DNA of 64,000 nt from Planctomycetota bacterium (GCA_016795325.1 JAEUHY010000043.1:30174-94173), one strand, 5' to 3'; positions 36,268-45,276 are shown, counted from the stretch's first letter. The notes: generated from the letters alone by a model not told the origin. Program-made: numbers and translations.

Positions 36268-39018
36268 TCAGCGCTCGGTGTCGGGCGCGTGGCGCGCCAG
36301 AAAGTCGGTCAGTCGCTTGCGCACGCCGGCGACGTTCTTCGCCTGACTGGGCGCCGACTCGACGACCTGGAGCGCGCGTTCGAGCTGCTCGCGCGCGAGT
36401 GGAAGCTGCTCCAGCCCCTCGTACGCATCCGCGAGCCACAACAGCGACTGACCGACGTCGAACTCCGCGCGCGGGATCGAGGTGAGGATCTCGAGCGCGT
36501 GGTCGAGCGCGGCGCGCGCGGCCTCGTACTGGCGCAGCTTGAGGTGGCAGTGGCCCGTGCGCATCAGGATGCCGCCGAAGTTCCAGCGCGCCTCGAGTTC
36601 CTCGCGCCCCTCGAACAGCCGCGCGGCCTCGCTCAGCGCCTCGAGCGCCTCGGCGAAGCGACCCGCGGACACGAGCGCGCGGCCGCGGCCGTAAGCCGCG
36701 ATGCGGCCCACGTGCCCCACGGCGCCGCTGCTTTCGCGGTCGACCTCCTGCGCGCGCGCGAGCAGGCCGAGCGCGCGGTCGAAGTCGCGCTGTTCGACAA
36801 GCAACATGGCCCAGTTGTGCAGCAAGTTTGCGTACGCGCTGCCGCGGTCCAGGCGTAGTTCGCGCGCCAGACAGTCGGCCTCTTCGTAGAGCACGCTCGC
36901 CTCCGCCGGCCGTTGTTCGAGTTTGGCGAGCAGCGCGGCGACGCCGACCGTGTCGAACAGATCGGGGTGAACTGACGGCAACAACTGACGCTGCAGCGCA
37001 AGTGCGCGCTCGAGGCAGGCGCGCGCTTCGGGCCGCTCCTGACGCTGCATGTGCAGCTGGGCGAGCAGGGTCAGCGTGCTCGCGATGCGCCGCTCGCGCT
37101 CGGGCACATTCGCGCGCTCGAGCAACGCGAGCACCTCGCGCGTTGTCGCGATGGCGAGCTCCCACTCGGAGAGCGTTCCCTGCAGCGTGGCCTGCAACGA
37201 AAGCGCGTCGACCAGCGCGTCGTCCGACTCGCTCGCGCGGGCCTGCGCGATGGCGCGTTCCACGACGGGCCGCGCGAGCTCGAACTCGCCCAATTGCACG
37301 TAGCTCAGGCCCAGAACCTCGTCGAGCTCGCACACGACTTCGGACGGCGGTCCTTCGAGCCCGGCATAGTGCGCGCGAGCGCGCTCGAGCAGCGGTCGTG
37401 CTTCGCGGTGCCGCCCGAGCTTTCCGAGCACGCGACCGATGCCCGCTTCGATGCGAGCGCGCGCCGCGGGGTCCAAGTCCGCGTCGCTCTCGACGCGCCG
37501 CGCGCCCTGCTCGAGCAACGCGAGCGCAGTCGTGTCCGTTCCCAGCGTGAACTCGGGCGAGGTCGACGTGAACAGCTCGAACACGAAGTCGAGGGCGCCG
37601 CTCGCGGTCGCGGCGGCCGTCTCCGCATTCGCGCGTTCCCGCGTGGCGGAGAGTTCCGCCGCGGCAGCAACCGCGCGCTCGCGCTCCGCTTCGCCGCGCG
37701 CCGCGCGTTCCTTCTCGAGCGCATCGCTGAGCTCGCTCGCATGGGCCTGCTCGCGCAGCAAGAAGGCCGTCGGAGTCGCGACCGCGACAAGCAAGCCCGC
37801 AGCGAGCGCCGCGACAAGTCCCGGGCGCCGCTCGGCGAAGCGCAGGGTGCGCACGAAAGGCCCCGCAGCGCGCACTCGGATCGGCTGCCGTGCGAGCAGG
37901 CGGTCGAGATCGTCGCGCAGCAACGCGGCGCTCGCGTAACGCCGCGCGACGTCGCGCTCGAGGGCGACGAGGCAAACCGTCTCGAGTTCGGCGCCGACGC
38001 GCCGGTTGCGCGCGCGGACTGGCGGCGGCCGACCCTCGAGGATCGCGGCCTGCAGCTGCACGGCGTCTGCGCCGCGGAACGGGAGCTGGAGGGCGAGCAG
38101 CTCGTACAACGTGACGCCCAGGCCGTACACGTCGACGCGCCCGTCGAGCACACGCTCGCCGCGCACTTGCTCGGGCGCCATGTACGGCAACGTGCCTAGC
38201 TGCGCGCCGGTGCGCGTCTGCGCACTGTCGCCTTCGAGCAAGGTGAGCCCGAAGTCGATCAGGCGCGCGCGGCCGTCGAGCGTGAGCATCACGTTCGAGG
38301 GCTTGATGTCGCGGTGGAGCACGCCGCGCTCGTGGCTGTGCTCGAGCGCATCCGCGACATCGCGCGCGATGCGCACGCAGGCTTCGGTCCACGACACTTC
38401 GAACAGCGACTCCGGCGGCGGAGCGAAGTCTTCGCCCATCTCGCGGCGCAGCGCGGCCAACAGATCGGCGCCGTGCAGCGTGTCGGGCGCGCGCGTGGCC
38501 AGCGCTTCGAGGAGCTTCGCGAGCGTGGCGCCGGCCACGTGCTCCATCGCGTAGAACGGAACGCCGCGCTCCTCGCCGACCTGGTAGATCGGCACGACGC
38601 CCGGGTGCGCCAAGCGCGCGACGGCCTCCGCTTCGCGGCGAAAGCGCTCGCGGACACGCGGGAAGTAGAGCTGGTCGGCGCGGATGAGTTTGAGCGCGAC
38701 CTCGCGGTTCAAGGAGCGCTGGCGTGCGAGGAACACCACCCCCATGCCGCCGCCGCCGAGCCGACGCTGCAGCGCGAAATCGCCTAGTTCCGCCGGGAAC
38801 TCCTCGCCCTCCGCAGGTGCGTCTTCGACCAGCCCCATGCTCGCCAGCAAGCTCCAGCGCCGGCGCAGCTCCCCCGAATGCGTCGGGTGCCGCGAACACA
38901 GCTCGTCCAGGCGCGCGGAACGTTCCTGGGGGGCACGCTCGAGGCACTGCGCGAGGAGCAGCTCCACTTCGTCGCTGCCGTCGTCGGCTTCGAAGGCTTG
39001 CTCGGATACGAAGCTCAT
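36268..39018 (-). CDS. Ser/Thr protein kinase with TM helix and C-terminal TPR array (916 aa)
   Basis: Kinase motifs: GGGGMGVVFLA, VALKLI, HRDIKPSNVML, DFGL, GTLPYMAPE. The TM is LVAALAAGLLVAVATPTAFLL. Many TPR-like repeats follow. Its stop is 4 nt from the convergent sigma gene stop. Confidence 0.92.
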   Translation of the reverse strand: MSFVSEQAFEADDGSDEVELLLAQCLERAPQERSARLDELCSRHPTHSGELRRRWSLLASMGLVEDAPAEGEEFPAELGDFALQRRLGGGGMGVVFLARQRSLNREVALKLIRADQLYFPRVRERFRREAEAVARLAHPGVVPIYQVGEERGVPFYAMEHVAGATLAKLLEALATRAPDTLHGADLLAALRREMGEDFAPPPESLFEVSWTEACVRIARDVADALEHSHERGVLHRDIKPSNVMLTLDGRARLIDFGLTLLEGDSAQTRTGAQLGTLPYMAPEQVRGERVLDGRVDVYGLGVTLYELLALQLPFRGADAVQLQAAILEGRPPPVRARNRRVGAELETVCLVALERDVARRYASAALLRDDLDRLLARQPIRVRAAGPFVRTLRFAERRPGLVAALAAGLLVAVATPTAFLLREQAHASELSDALEKERAARGEAERERAVAAAAELSATRERANAETAAATASGALDFVFELFTSTSPEFTLGTDTTALALLEQGARRVESDADLDPAARARIEAGIGRVLGKLGRHREARPLLERARAHYAGLEGPPSEVVCELDEVLGLSYVQLGEFELARPVVERAIAQARASESDDALVDALSLQATLQGTLSEWELAIATTREVLALLERANVPERERRIASTLTLLAQLHMQRQERPEARACLERALALQRQLLPSVHPDLFDTVGVAALLAKLEQRPAEASVLYEEADCLARELRLDRGSAYANLLHNWAMLLVEQRDFDRALGLLARAQEVDRESSGAVGHVGRIAAYGRGRALVSAGRFAEALEALSEAARLFEGREELEARWNFGGILMRTGHCHLKLRQYEAARAALDHALEILTSIPRAEFDVGQSLLWLADAYEGLEQLPLAREQLERALQVVESAPSQAKNVAGVRKRLTDFLARHAPDTER

Positions 39019-39218
39019 GGCGAGATCGGAACAAAGTCGCGCGGGCCCGCGACGTGACAGACAAACGGAGGATTCCTCCGCGCGAGTCGCATTGTAGAGC
39101 CGTCAGGCTCCGCCGACGGCGTCGCCGCACTCCAGCGCGCCCGTTTCGTCGGAGTTTTCCTGCAACGAAACCACGCGGCGCAACTTTGGGTGTTCTGCCC
39201 CACCAACCCAACCACGCC

Positions 39219-40889
39219 ATGCATACCCGCGCACTTCTTCGCGTCGCCTTCGCGACTGCCTCACTCACCCTCAGCGCAGCGGCCCAGCTCAACGGGCCCT
39301 TCGTCGGCGCGGAGCAGGCGCGCTTGGTCGGAGCAGGCATGGTGTTCACCGACGCGCTCGGGGCCACGCTCGACGTCGATGGCGACACCGCCGTGATGGG
39401 CAATCCATCCAGCGTGGGCGCCGGGCTGAGCCAAGCGGGCGCGGCGCTGGTCTTCAGCCGCAGCGGCGGCGCCTGGTCGCAGCAGGCCACGCTCGTCTCG
39501 CTCGACCTCGAGTCGGGCGACCGCTTCGCCGGCGCCGTGGCCGTCGACGGCGACACGCTGGTAGCCGGTGCGGTCGGCAAGGTGCTCACCGGCGTCGGCC
39601 GCGCAGGCGCCGCCTACGTGTTCGTTCGCAGCGGTTCGACTTGGACGCAGCAGCAAAAGCTCGTCGCGAGCGACGCCGCGTTGTTCGACAACTTCGGGTA
39701 CTCGGTCGCGCTCTCGGGCGACACGCTGCTCGTGTCCGCGAACGCCGACGACGTGAACAACACCATCAACGCTGGCTCGGCCTACGTGTTCGTGCGCTCG
39801 GGCGGCGTGTGGACGCAGCAGGCCAAACTCAGCGCGAGCGACGCGGGCTTCGGCGAACAATTCGGGCAGTTCGTGGCCCTGGACGGCGACACCGCGCTCA
39901 TCGGCGCGCCCTTCGACAACCAGCCGCCGTTCCTCTCGGGCGCCGGCTCGGCGTACGTCTTCGTGCGCTCGAACGGCGCGTGGACCCAGCAGCAGAAGTT
40001 GCTCGCTTTCGACGCCGCGCCCTTCGACACGTTCGGTCACACCGTCGCGCTCTCCGGCGACACCGCGCTCGTCAGCGCTCCCGCCGATGACCACTCTGGG
40101 TTCAGCGATGCGGGGTCCGCGTACGTGTACACGCGCAGCGCTTCAACCTGGACGCTGCAGCACAAGCTCACCTCGTTCGCGCCCGGCACGGACCAGAACT
40201 TTGGCAACGCCGTGGCCTTGTCAGGTTCGATCGCGCTCGTCGCGCAGTCGTCCGTCGACAACATCGACCCGAGCGATCCGGGCGCCGTGTACGCCTACTC
40301 GCGCAGCGGCGCGACGTGGAGCTACGAGACCACGCTGTGGCCCGGCGACGCGGCGAACGGCGACGAGTTCGGCGCGGCGGTCGCACTCGACGGCACGACA
40401 GCGCTCGTCGGTTCGCTCGAAACGCTTCCCGTGGGCGCCGGCTACGTGTTCGAGCTGCAAACCTCGCCCGCGCTGTACTGCACGGCGAAAACGAACAGCC
40501 AGGGCTGCGCTGCGACGCTCAGCACGAGCGGCGCGCCCAGCGCCACGAGTCCCGCGGCGTTCCAGATCAACGCGAGCTCCGTGCTCAACCAGAAGGTCGG
40601 CCTCTTGTTCTACGGCTTCGAGCCCGCCAACGCGCCGTTCCAGGACGGCTGGATCTGCATCCAACCGCCGACCACACGCACGGCGCCGCAGAGCTCAGGC
40701 GGAAGCGCGCTTCCCGACAACTGCACGGGCAGCTACTCGTTCGACTTCAACGCGCGGATCCGCAGCGGCGCCGATCCGCTGCTGGTCGTCGGGCGCGACG
40801 TGTTCGCGCAGTACTGGAGCCGCGATCCGGCGTACAGCGGCGTGAAGACCGGCCTGACGAGCGCCGTGCACTTTGCGATCCAACCCTGA
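39219..40889 (+). CDS. Secreted seven-repeat FG-GAP-type beta-propeller protein with a C-terminal Cys-containing domain
   Basis: ATG at 39219 with signal ...LTLSAAAQ. About seven repeats of G.AYVF.RSG..W.QQ.KL.A.D...D.FG..VAL.GDTALVGAP. The C-terminal ~137 aa starts at YCTAKTNSQGC. Confidence 0.85.
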   Translation: MHTRALLRVAFATASLTLSAAAQLNGPFVGAEQARLVGAGMVFTDALGATLDVDGDTAVMGNPSSVGAGLSQAGAALVFSRSGGAWSQQATLVSLDLESGDRFAGAVAVDGDTLVAGAVGKVLTGVGRAGAAYVFVRSGSTWTQQQKLVASDAALFDNFGYSVALSGDTLLVSANADDVNNTINAGSAYVFVRSGGVWTQQAKLSASDAGFGEQFGQFVALDGDTALIGAPFDNQPPFLSGAGSAYVFVRSNGAWTQQQKLLAFDAAPFDTFGHTVALSGDTALVSAPADDHSGFSDAGSAYVYTRSASTWTLQHKLTSFAPGTDQNFGNAVALSGSIALVAQSSVDNIDPSDPGAVYAYSRSGATWSYETTLWPGDAANGDEFGAAVALDGTTALVGSLETLPVGAGYVFELQTSPALYCTAKTNSQGCAATLSTSGAPSATSPAAFQINASSVLNQKVGLLFYGFEPANAPFQDGWICIQPPTTRTAPQSSGGSALPDNCTGSYSFDFNARIRSGADPLLVVGRDVFAQYWSRDPAYSGVKTGLTSAVHFAIQP

Positions 40890-40909
40890 GCGGCCCGCTC
40901 GAGCGAGGT

Positions 40910-41713
40910 TCAGCTCGAGCGCACCAAACCAGCCGCGCAACGCACGCGCGTCGAGCGCTCTTCCTCGGCCACGCGCTGTTGGATCGCGTCCGAGTTGGGC
41001 CGCTCGAGGTGGTGCAGGTGGTAGACGATCGCGCGGTTGACGAGCGCGACGAAACGCGCGCCGCTGCGCTCCAGGCGCAAATCGAGGTCGCGGTCGCCGC
41101 GACGACCCGGCCAGTCCTCGTCGTAGCCGTTCACGGCTTCGAAGGCGCGGCGCGAGAGCGAGAAGTTCACGCCCATCAGCTTGCGCGGCCGCGGATGCAG
41201 CGCGCGCGCGAGCGGGTCGGGCAGGCGCAGCCCGAGCGCGACGCGTTCGCTGTCGCCGAACAGTCCGTCCCACAACAACGGACCGAAGGTCTGCTCGAGT
41301 GCGCCGCTCTCGACGAGCGCGCGGTCGACGCGCGCCGTGAAGCGCGGGCCGAGCTTGACGCGACGGCCGCACAACACGTCGCCGCGGCTGCTCCAGGAGA
41401 GGTGGTCCTCGACCCACTGGCGGTGCGGAATCGAATCGCCGTCGAGGAACAGGAGCCACTCGCCGCGCGAGCGCCGCACGGCTTCGTTCGACACGGCCCA
41501 CTTGCGAAAACCGCGGTCTTCGTGCCACACGCGCTCGAAGCGCACACCCGCGGGCGGGCGGAAGGCCTCGATCACGCGCGTGGTCGCCTCGCCCGAACCG
41601 TCGTCCGCCACGAACAACTCGTCGGGCAGACACGTCTGGCGCGTGAACGCCTGGAGAACGAGGGCGAGCCGGTCGGGCTCGTTGTAGGTCGTGACGACGA
41701 CGCTGGAACGCAT
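40910..41713 (-). CDS. Family 2 glycosyltransferase
   Basis: ATG at 41713. VVVTTYNEPDRL, ELFVADDGS and FLDGD (DxD) match the typical GT-A/GT2 N-terminal fold pattern. Confidence 0.85.
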   Translation of the reverse strand: MRSSVVVTTYNEPDRLALVLQAFTRQTCLPDELFVADDGSGEATTRVIEAFRPPAGVRFERVWHEDRGFRKWAVSNEAVRRSRGEWLLFLDGDSIPHRQWVEDHLSWSSRGDVLCGRRVKLGPRFTARVDRALVESGALEQTFGPLLWDGLFGDSERVALGLRLPDPLARALHPRPRKLMGVNFSLSRRAFEAVNGYDEDWPGRRGDRDLDLRLERSGARFVALVNRAIVYHLHHLERPNSDAIQQRVAEEERSTRVRCAAGLVRSS

Positions 41714-41815
41714 GGGCGGAACTTCGGCGCGGGATCCTAGCAGCCGAGGATCGGCCGCTGCGCGGCACGCCGCACTTGCTCCGCCGCCGCGCCGTCCGCA
41801 GCATGGCCGCGCGCC

Positions 41816-42958
41816 TTGAAGCCCGTCGTCCTGCACTCGGTCAATCCCTACCTGTTCCGCACGGGCAGCTGGGTCTACGGCCAAGTCTCGAAGCTGCGGC
41901 GCTGGAAGCCCGTGGTCGTCGCGACCAAACGCGAGAACATGGACGAGTTCCCGCTCGACGACGTTCACGCCTGGGTCGATCTGCCCGCGCCGCAACGTTG
42001 GTTCGAGCGCACGCTCAAGTCGCTCAACGGCGGCTACTTTCCGTTCATGGTGCGTGTCGCGCGTTCGAGCGGCGCGAAACTGCTGCACTCGCATTTCGCG
42101 GGAAAAGGTTGGAAGGATCTGCCGCTGGCGCGCGCGAGCGGCCTCCCGCACGTGAGCTCGTTCTACGGCGCCGACATCTGGGTCAACGCGCGCTCGGAGA
42201 AATGGCGCGCGCGCTTCGCGCAGCTGTTCGAGCGCGGCGATCTGTTCCTGGTCGAGGGCGGCGCGATGAAGGCCAAGGTCGTGTCGCTCGGCTGTCCGCC
42301 GGAGAAAGTGCTCGTCCAGCACTTGGGCGTGGACCTCGGCGCCGTCGCCTTTCGCGAACGTCGCGCGCCCGAGGACGGACTGGTGCGTGTGCTGATCTGC
42401 GGCCGCGCGACGGCGAAAAAAGGCCATGAATTAGGCATTCGTGCGTTCGCGCGCGCGCGCCGCGACAACAGCAAGCTGCGTCTGTCCGCCATGCTGCTCG
42501 CCGTCGACGACGAACAGCGGAGCGAAGTGGCGCGCCTGCAGCAGCTCGTGCGCGAGTTGGGCCTCGAAGACTGCGTCGATTTCCCGCCGCCGCTCCCGTA
42601 CAGCGCGTGGCGCAAGTCGCTCGAGCGCTACCACATCTTCCTCGCGCCCAGCCTGCACGCACCCGACGGCGACGCGGAGGGCGGCGCGCCGGTCGCGCTG
42701 ATCGACATGTCCGCGCAGGGCATTCCGATCGCCGCCTCGAGCCACTGCGACCTGCCCGAAGTTGTGCCGCACGACGTCGGAGGACTCGTGTTCCCCGAGG
42801 GCGACGAAGCCGCTGCAGCGGCGACGTTGCTCGAAATGGCCGGCCGGCCGCAGGACTGGCCGCGCTGGGGCCGCGACGGCCGCGCGCACGTCGAAGCGCA
42901 GTACGACGCCGATCGCCAGGCCGCCGCGCTCGAGCGCATCTACGACCGTTTCGCGTGA
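41816..42958 (+). CDS. Family 4 (GT-B) glycosyltransferase
   Basis: The only in-frame start near the expected N-terminus is TTG at 41816. The C-terminal half has the GT4 pattern: ...FLAPSLHAPDGDAEGGAPVALIDMSAQGIPIAASSHCDLPEVV. Confidence 0.8.
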   Translation: MKPVVLHSVNPYLFRTGSWVYGQVSKLRRWKPVVVATKRENMDEFPLDDVHAWVDLPAPQRWFERTLKSLNGGYFPFMVRVARSSGAKLLHSHFAGKGWKDLPLARASGLPHVSSFYGADIWVNARSEKWRARFAQLFERGDLFLVEGGAMKAKVVSLGCPPEKVLVQHLGVDLGAVAFRERRAPEDGLVRVLICGRATAKKGHELGIRAFARARRDNSKLRLSAMLLAVDDEQRSEVARLQQLVRELGLEDCVDFPPPLPYSAWRKSLERYHIFLAPSLHAPDGDAEGGAPVALIDMSAQGIPIAASSHCDLPEVVPHDVGGLVFPEGDEAAAAATLLEMAGRPQDWPRWGRDGRAHVEAQYDADRQAAALERIYDRFA

Positions 42959-42996
42959 AGTGCGTCGATCCACGCGGTCGAGCTAGAGTCTGGGGC

Positions 42997-43551
42997 GTGC
43001 ATTTCGCTCGCACTTTGCTCCTCGCCAGCGCCTGCGTCGCGGCGGCATGTTCGCCGGAAGGCCCGTCGACGACGAAGGCGACTTCGCCCGAGCCGGACGC
43101 ACGCGCCGAACTCGCGGCGCTGCTCGCGCGCGAGGGTTTCGCGGCGCTGCGCATGAGCGAAGAGGAGCTCGCGAGCCTGACCGAGGCCGCGAAGGCGTCG
43201 GGTTGGAAGGAACTGCGAGCCGACGTTTTCCCCGAGCGGATCCGGCGTTTCGACGGCGTGTCGGTACGCATCGAAGGCTGGATGATCCCCGGACGTGTCG
43301 AAGGCCGCAAAGTGCTCGACTTCATGCTCGTGCGCGACAACGCGGCGTGTTGCTTCGGCGCCAGTCCCAAGGACGACGAGTGGATTCAGGTGGTGATGGC
43401 CGGCGGCGCGCACGCGAGCTACGCGCGCTACGCGAAGATCGCGGTCGAGGGCGTGCTGTCGATCGGCGGACCCGTGCTGGTCGAAGGTCTGGCGCCACCC
43501 GCGCTGCGCATGAGCGCGACACGCTGCGACGTGATCGAAGCGCCGCGCTGA
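42997..43551 (+). CDS. DUF3299-family lipoprotein
   Basis: GTG at 42997 gives MHFARTLLLASAC (lipobox). An alternative GTG at 42955 overlaps the GT4 stop. FDGVSVRIEGWMIPGR...DFMLVRDNAACCFGASP...WIQVVM is the DUF3299 hallmark. Confidence 0.7.
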   Translation: MHFARTLLLASACVAAACSPEGPSTTKATSPEPDARAELAALLAREGFAALRMSEEELASLTEAAKASGWKELRADVFPERIRRFDGVSVRIEGWMIPGRVEGRKVLDFMLVRDNAACCFGASPKDDEWIQVVMAGGAHASYARYAKIAVEGVLSIGGPVLVEGLAPPALRMSATRCDVIEAPR

Positions 43552-43670
43552 GCGGCCGGCTGCTTTCTCCAAAGCCCCGCCCGATCGGCTTGCGCACGGC
43601 CGCGAAGGCGCTATTCTGGCTGAGACCCGGTCTCAATCTCTACATAACCGGCCAGCGCAACGGCACCGCC

Positions 43671-45245
43671 ATGCAACCGACCAACTTCACCGTCCGAACC
43701 CGCTCCCTGCTCCCCCTCCTCGGCGCCTGCGCGATGTTGTCGAGCGCGCCCGCGCTCGCCCAAACGCCCTTCGTGCCGCGCGCTGACCTGTGGGTCACGG
43801 ACTCGAGCAACGACCGCATCACGCGTGTGCGCGACCTCAACTTCGACGGCGACTACAACGACGCGGGCGAGAGCGTGGTGTTCTACAGCGACCTGCTCGG
43901 CGCCTTCCCGCTCAGCAACAACGTCAACATCGAATCGACGCGCGACGGCGCGCTGTGGGTCAGCGAGACGAACACCGACCAGATCCTCGTGCTGCGCGAC
44001 CTCGACAACGACGGGACCGCGCACGGCTCGAACGAGGCGCTGGTCTTCTTCCAGGCCGGCGTCAACGCCGCCGGGCTCGCGTTGCCCACGCCGCAGGGCC
44101 TGCATTGGGACGGGTCGGTGCTGTGGGTCGCCAACGCCCAGGGCGGTTCGAGCGGCAAGGACACGATCGTGCGGCTCGAAGACCTGAACAACGACGGCGA
44201 CGCGTTGGATGCAGGCGAAGCGCTCGAGTTCTACGTCAGCGACGATTTGAGCCAAGGCGGCAGCACCAACGACTCGAGTCCGCAAGACGTGCAGGTGGGC
44301 CCCGACGGAGCGTTGTACTACCTCGACATCGCCTCGAGCGGCGCGCTGGCCAAGGGCCTCTACCGCCTCGAAGACCTCGACGGCAGCGGTGGAATCGACG
44401 CACCGAACGAGGTGACCGCCTTCTTCATCCCGCCGCCGCAGGCCGCCAACGCGTTCTTCTGGAACGTGAGCCTCGACGCGCAGGGCTACTGGTACCTCGC
44501 CGACACAGGCAACGATGTGCTCTGGCGCGCGCGCGACGACAACGGCAACGGAGTGATCGACGTCGCAACGGAGGCGAAGAAGTACTGGACTTCGCCGGCC
44601 TCGAGCCTGATCTGGGACGTGCGCGTGGCCGCCGACGGCGCGCTGTACGCGGGCGAATCGCAGAACAACGAGCGCTTCTTCGTGATGCGCGATCTCGACG
44701 GCAACGGTGAGATCGATCCCGTCGCCGAGGTCGAAGCGGTGTTCGACGAACTGCTCGCTCAAGGCGACGCGATCGGGCAACTGCGCGGCTGGTGCTTCGA
44801 CGCCAAGCAGCAAACCCCGGCTGCGAGCTACTGCACGGCGCAGGTCAACACGTTGGGTTGCTCGGCGAGCTACTCCTTCGCGGGCTGGCCGAGCGCGAGC
44901 CAAGCGAACGGATTCCTGCTGACGGTTTCGAACCTGCGCAACCAGAAGACAGGAGTGCCGTTCTACGGGTTGTCCGGTCCTGCGAGCGCGCCGTTCAACG
45001 GTGGAACGCTGTGTGTGCAGCCGCCGATCCAGCGCATCGTCGTGCTCGCTTCGGGCGGCTCGGCGAGCGGTGACGACTGCAGCGGCAGCGTGACCTACGA
45101 CTTCAACGCCCGCATCGCACTCGGCGTCGACCCCGGGCTCGTGCTCGGGGCGGTGGTCCACACGCAGCACTGGTCGCGCGACCCCGGCGCGGCGCCGAGC
45201 AACACCAACCTCTCGAACGCGCTCGAATTCTGCATCTTGCGCTGA
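43671..45245 (+). CDS. Secreted six-repeat Ca-loop beta-propeller-like protein with the same C-terminal Cys domain as 39219..40889
   Basis: Signal ...SSAPALAQ. Six repeats each carry an RDL(N/D).DG(D/E)..D..E loop. The C-terminal ~140 aa starts at YCTAQVNTLGC. Confidence 0.8.
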   Translation: MQPTNFTVRTRSLLPLLGACAMLSSAPALAQTPFVPRADLWVTDSSNDRITRVRDLNFDGDYNDAGESVVFYSDLLGAFPLSNNVNIESTRDGALWVSETNTDQILVLRDLDNDGTAHGSNEALVFFQAGVNAAGLALPTPQGLHWDGSVLWVANAQGGSSGKDTIVRLEDLNNDGDALDAGEALEFYVSDDLSQGGSTNDSSPQDVQVGPDGALYYLDIASSGALAKGLYRLEDLDGSGGIDAPNEVTAFFIPPPQAANAFFWNVSLDAQGYWYLADTGNDVLWRARDDNGNGVIDVATEAKKYWTSPASSLIWDVRVAADGALYAGESQNNERFFVMRDLDGNGEIDPVAEVEAVFDELLAQGDAIGQLRGWCFDAKQQTPAASYCTAQVNTLGCSASYSFAGWPSASQANGFLLTVSNLRNQKTGVPFYGLSGPASAPFNGGTLCVQPPIQRIVVLASGGSASGDDCSGSVTYDFNARIALGVDPGLVLGAVVHTQHWSRDPGAAPSNTNLSNALEFCILR

Positions 45246-45276
45246 GCGCGCCGAAGCGCACAGGCGAGCCGTTCGA

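Noticed and set aside
36140-39589. 1149-aa minus-strand ORF overlapping the Ser/Thr kinase gene in another frame
   Set aside because: Arg/Ala/Pro-rich shadow. The 36268..39018 frame carries all the canonical Hanks kinase motifs.
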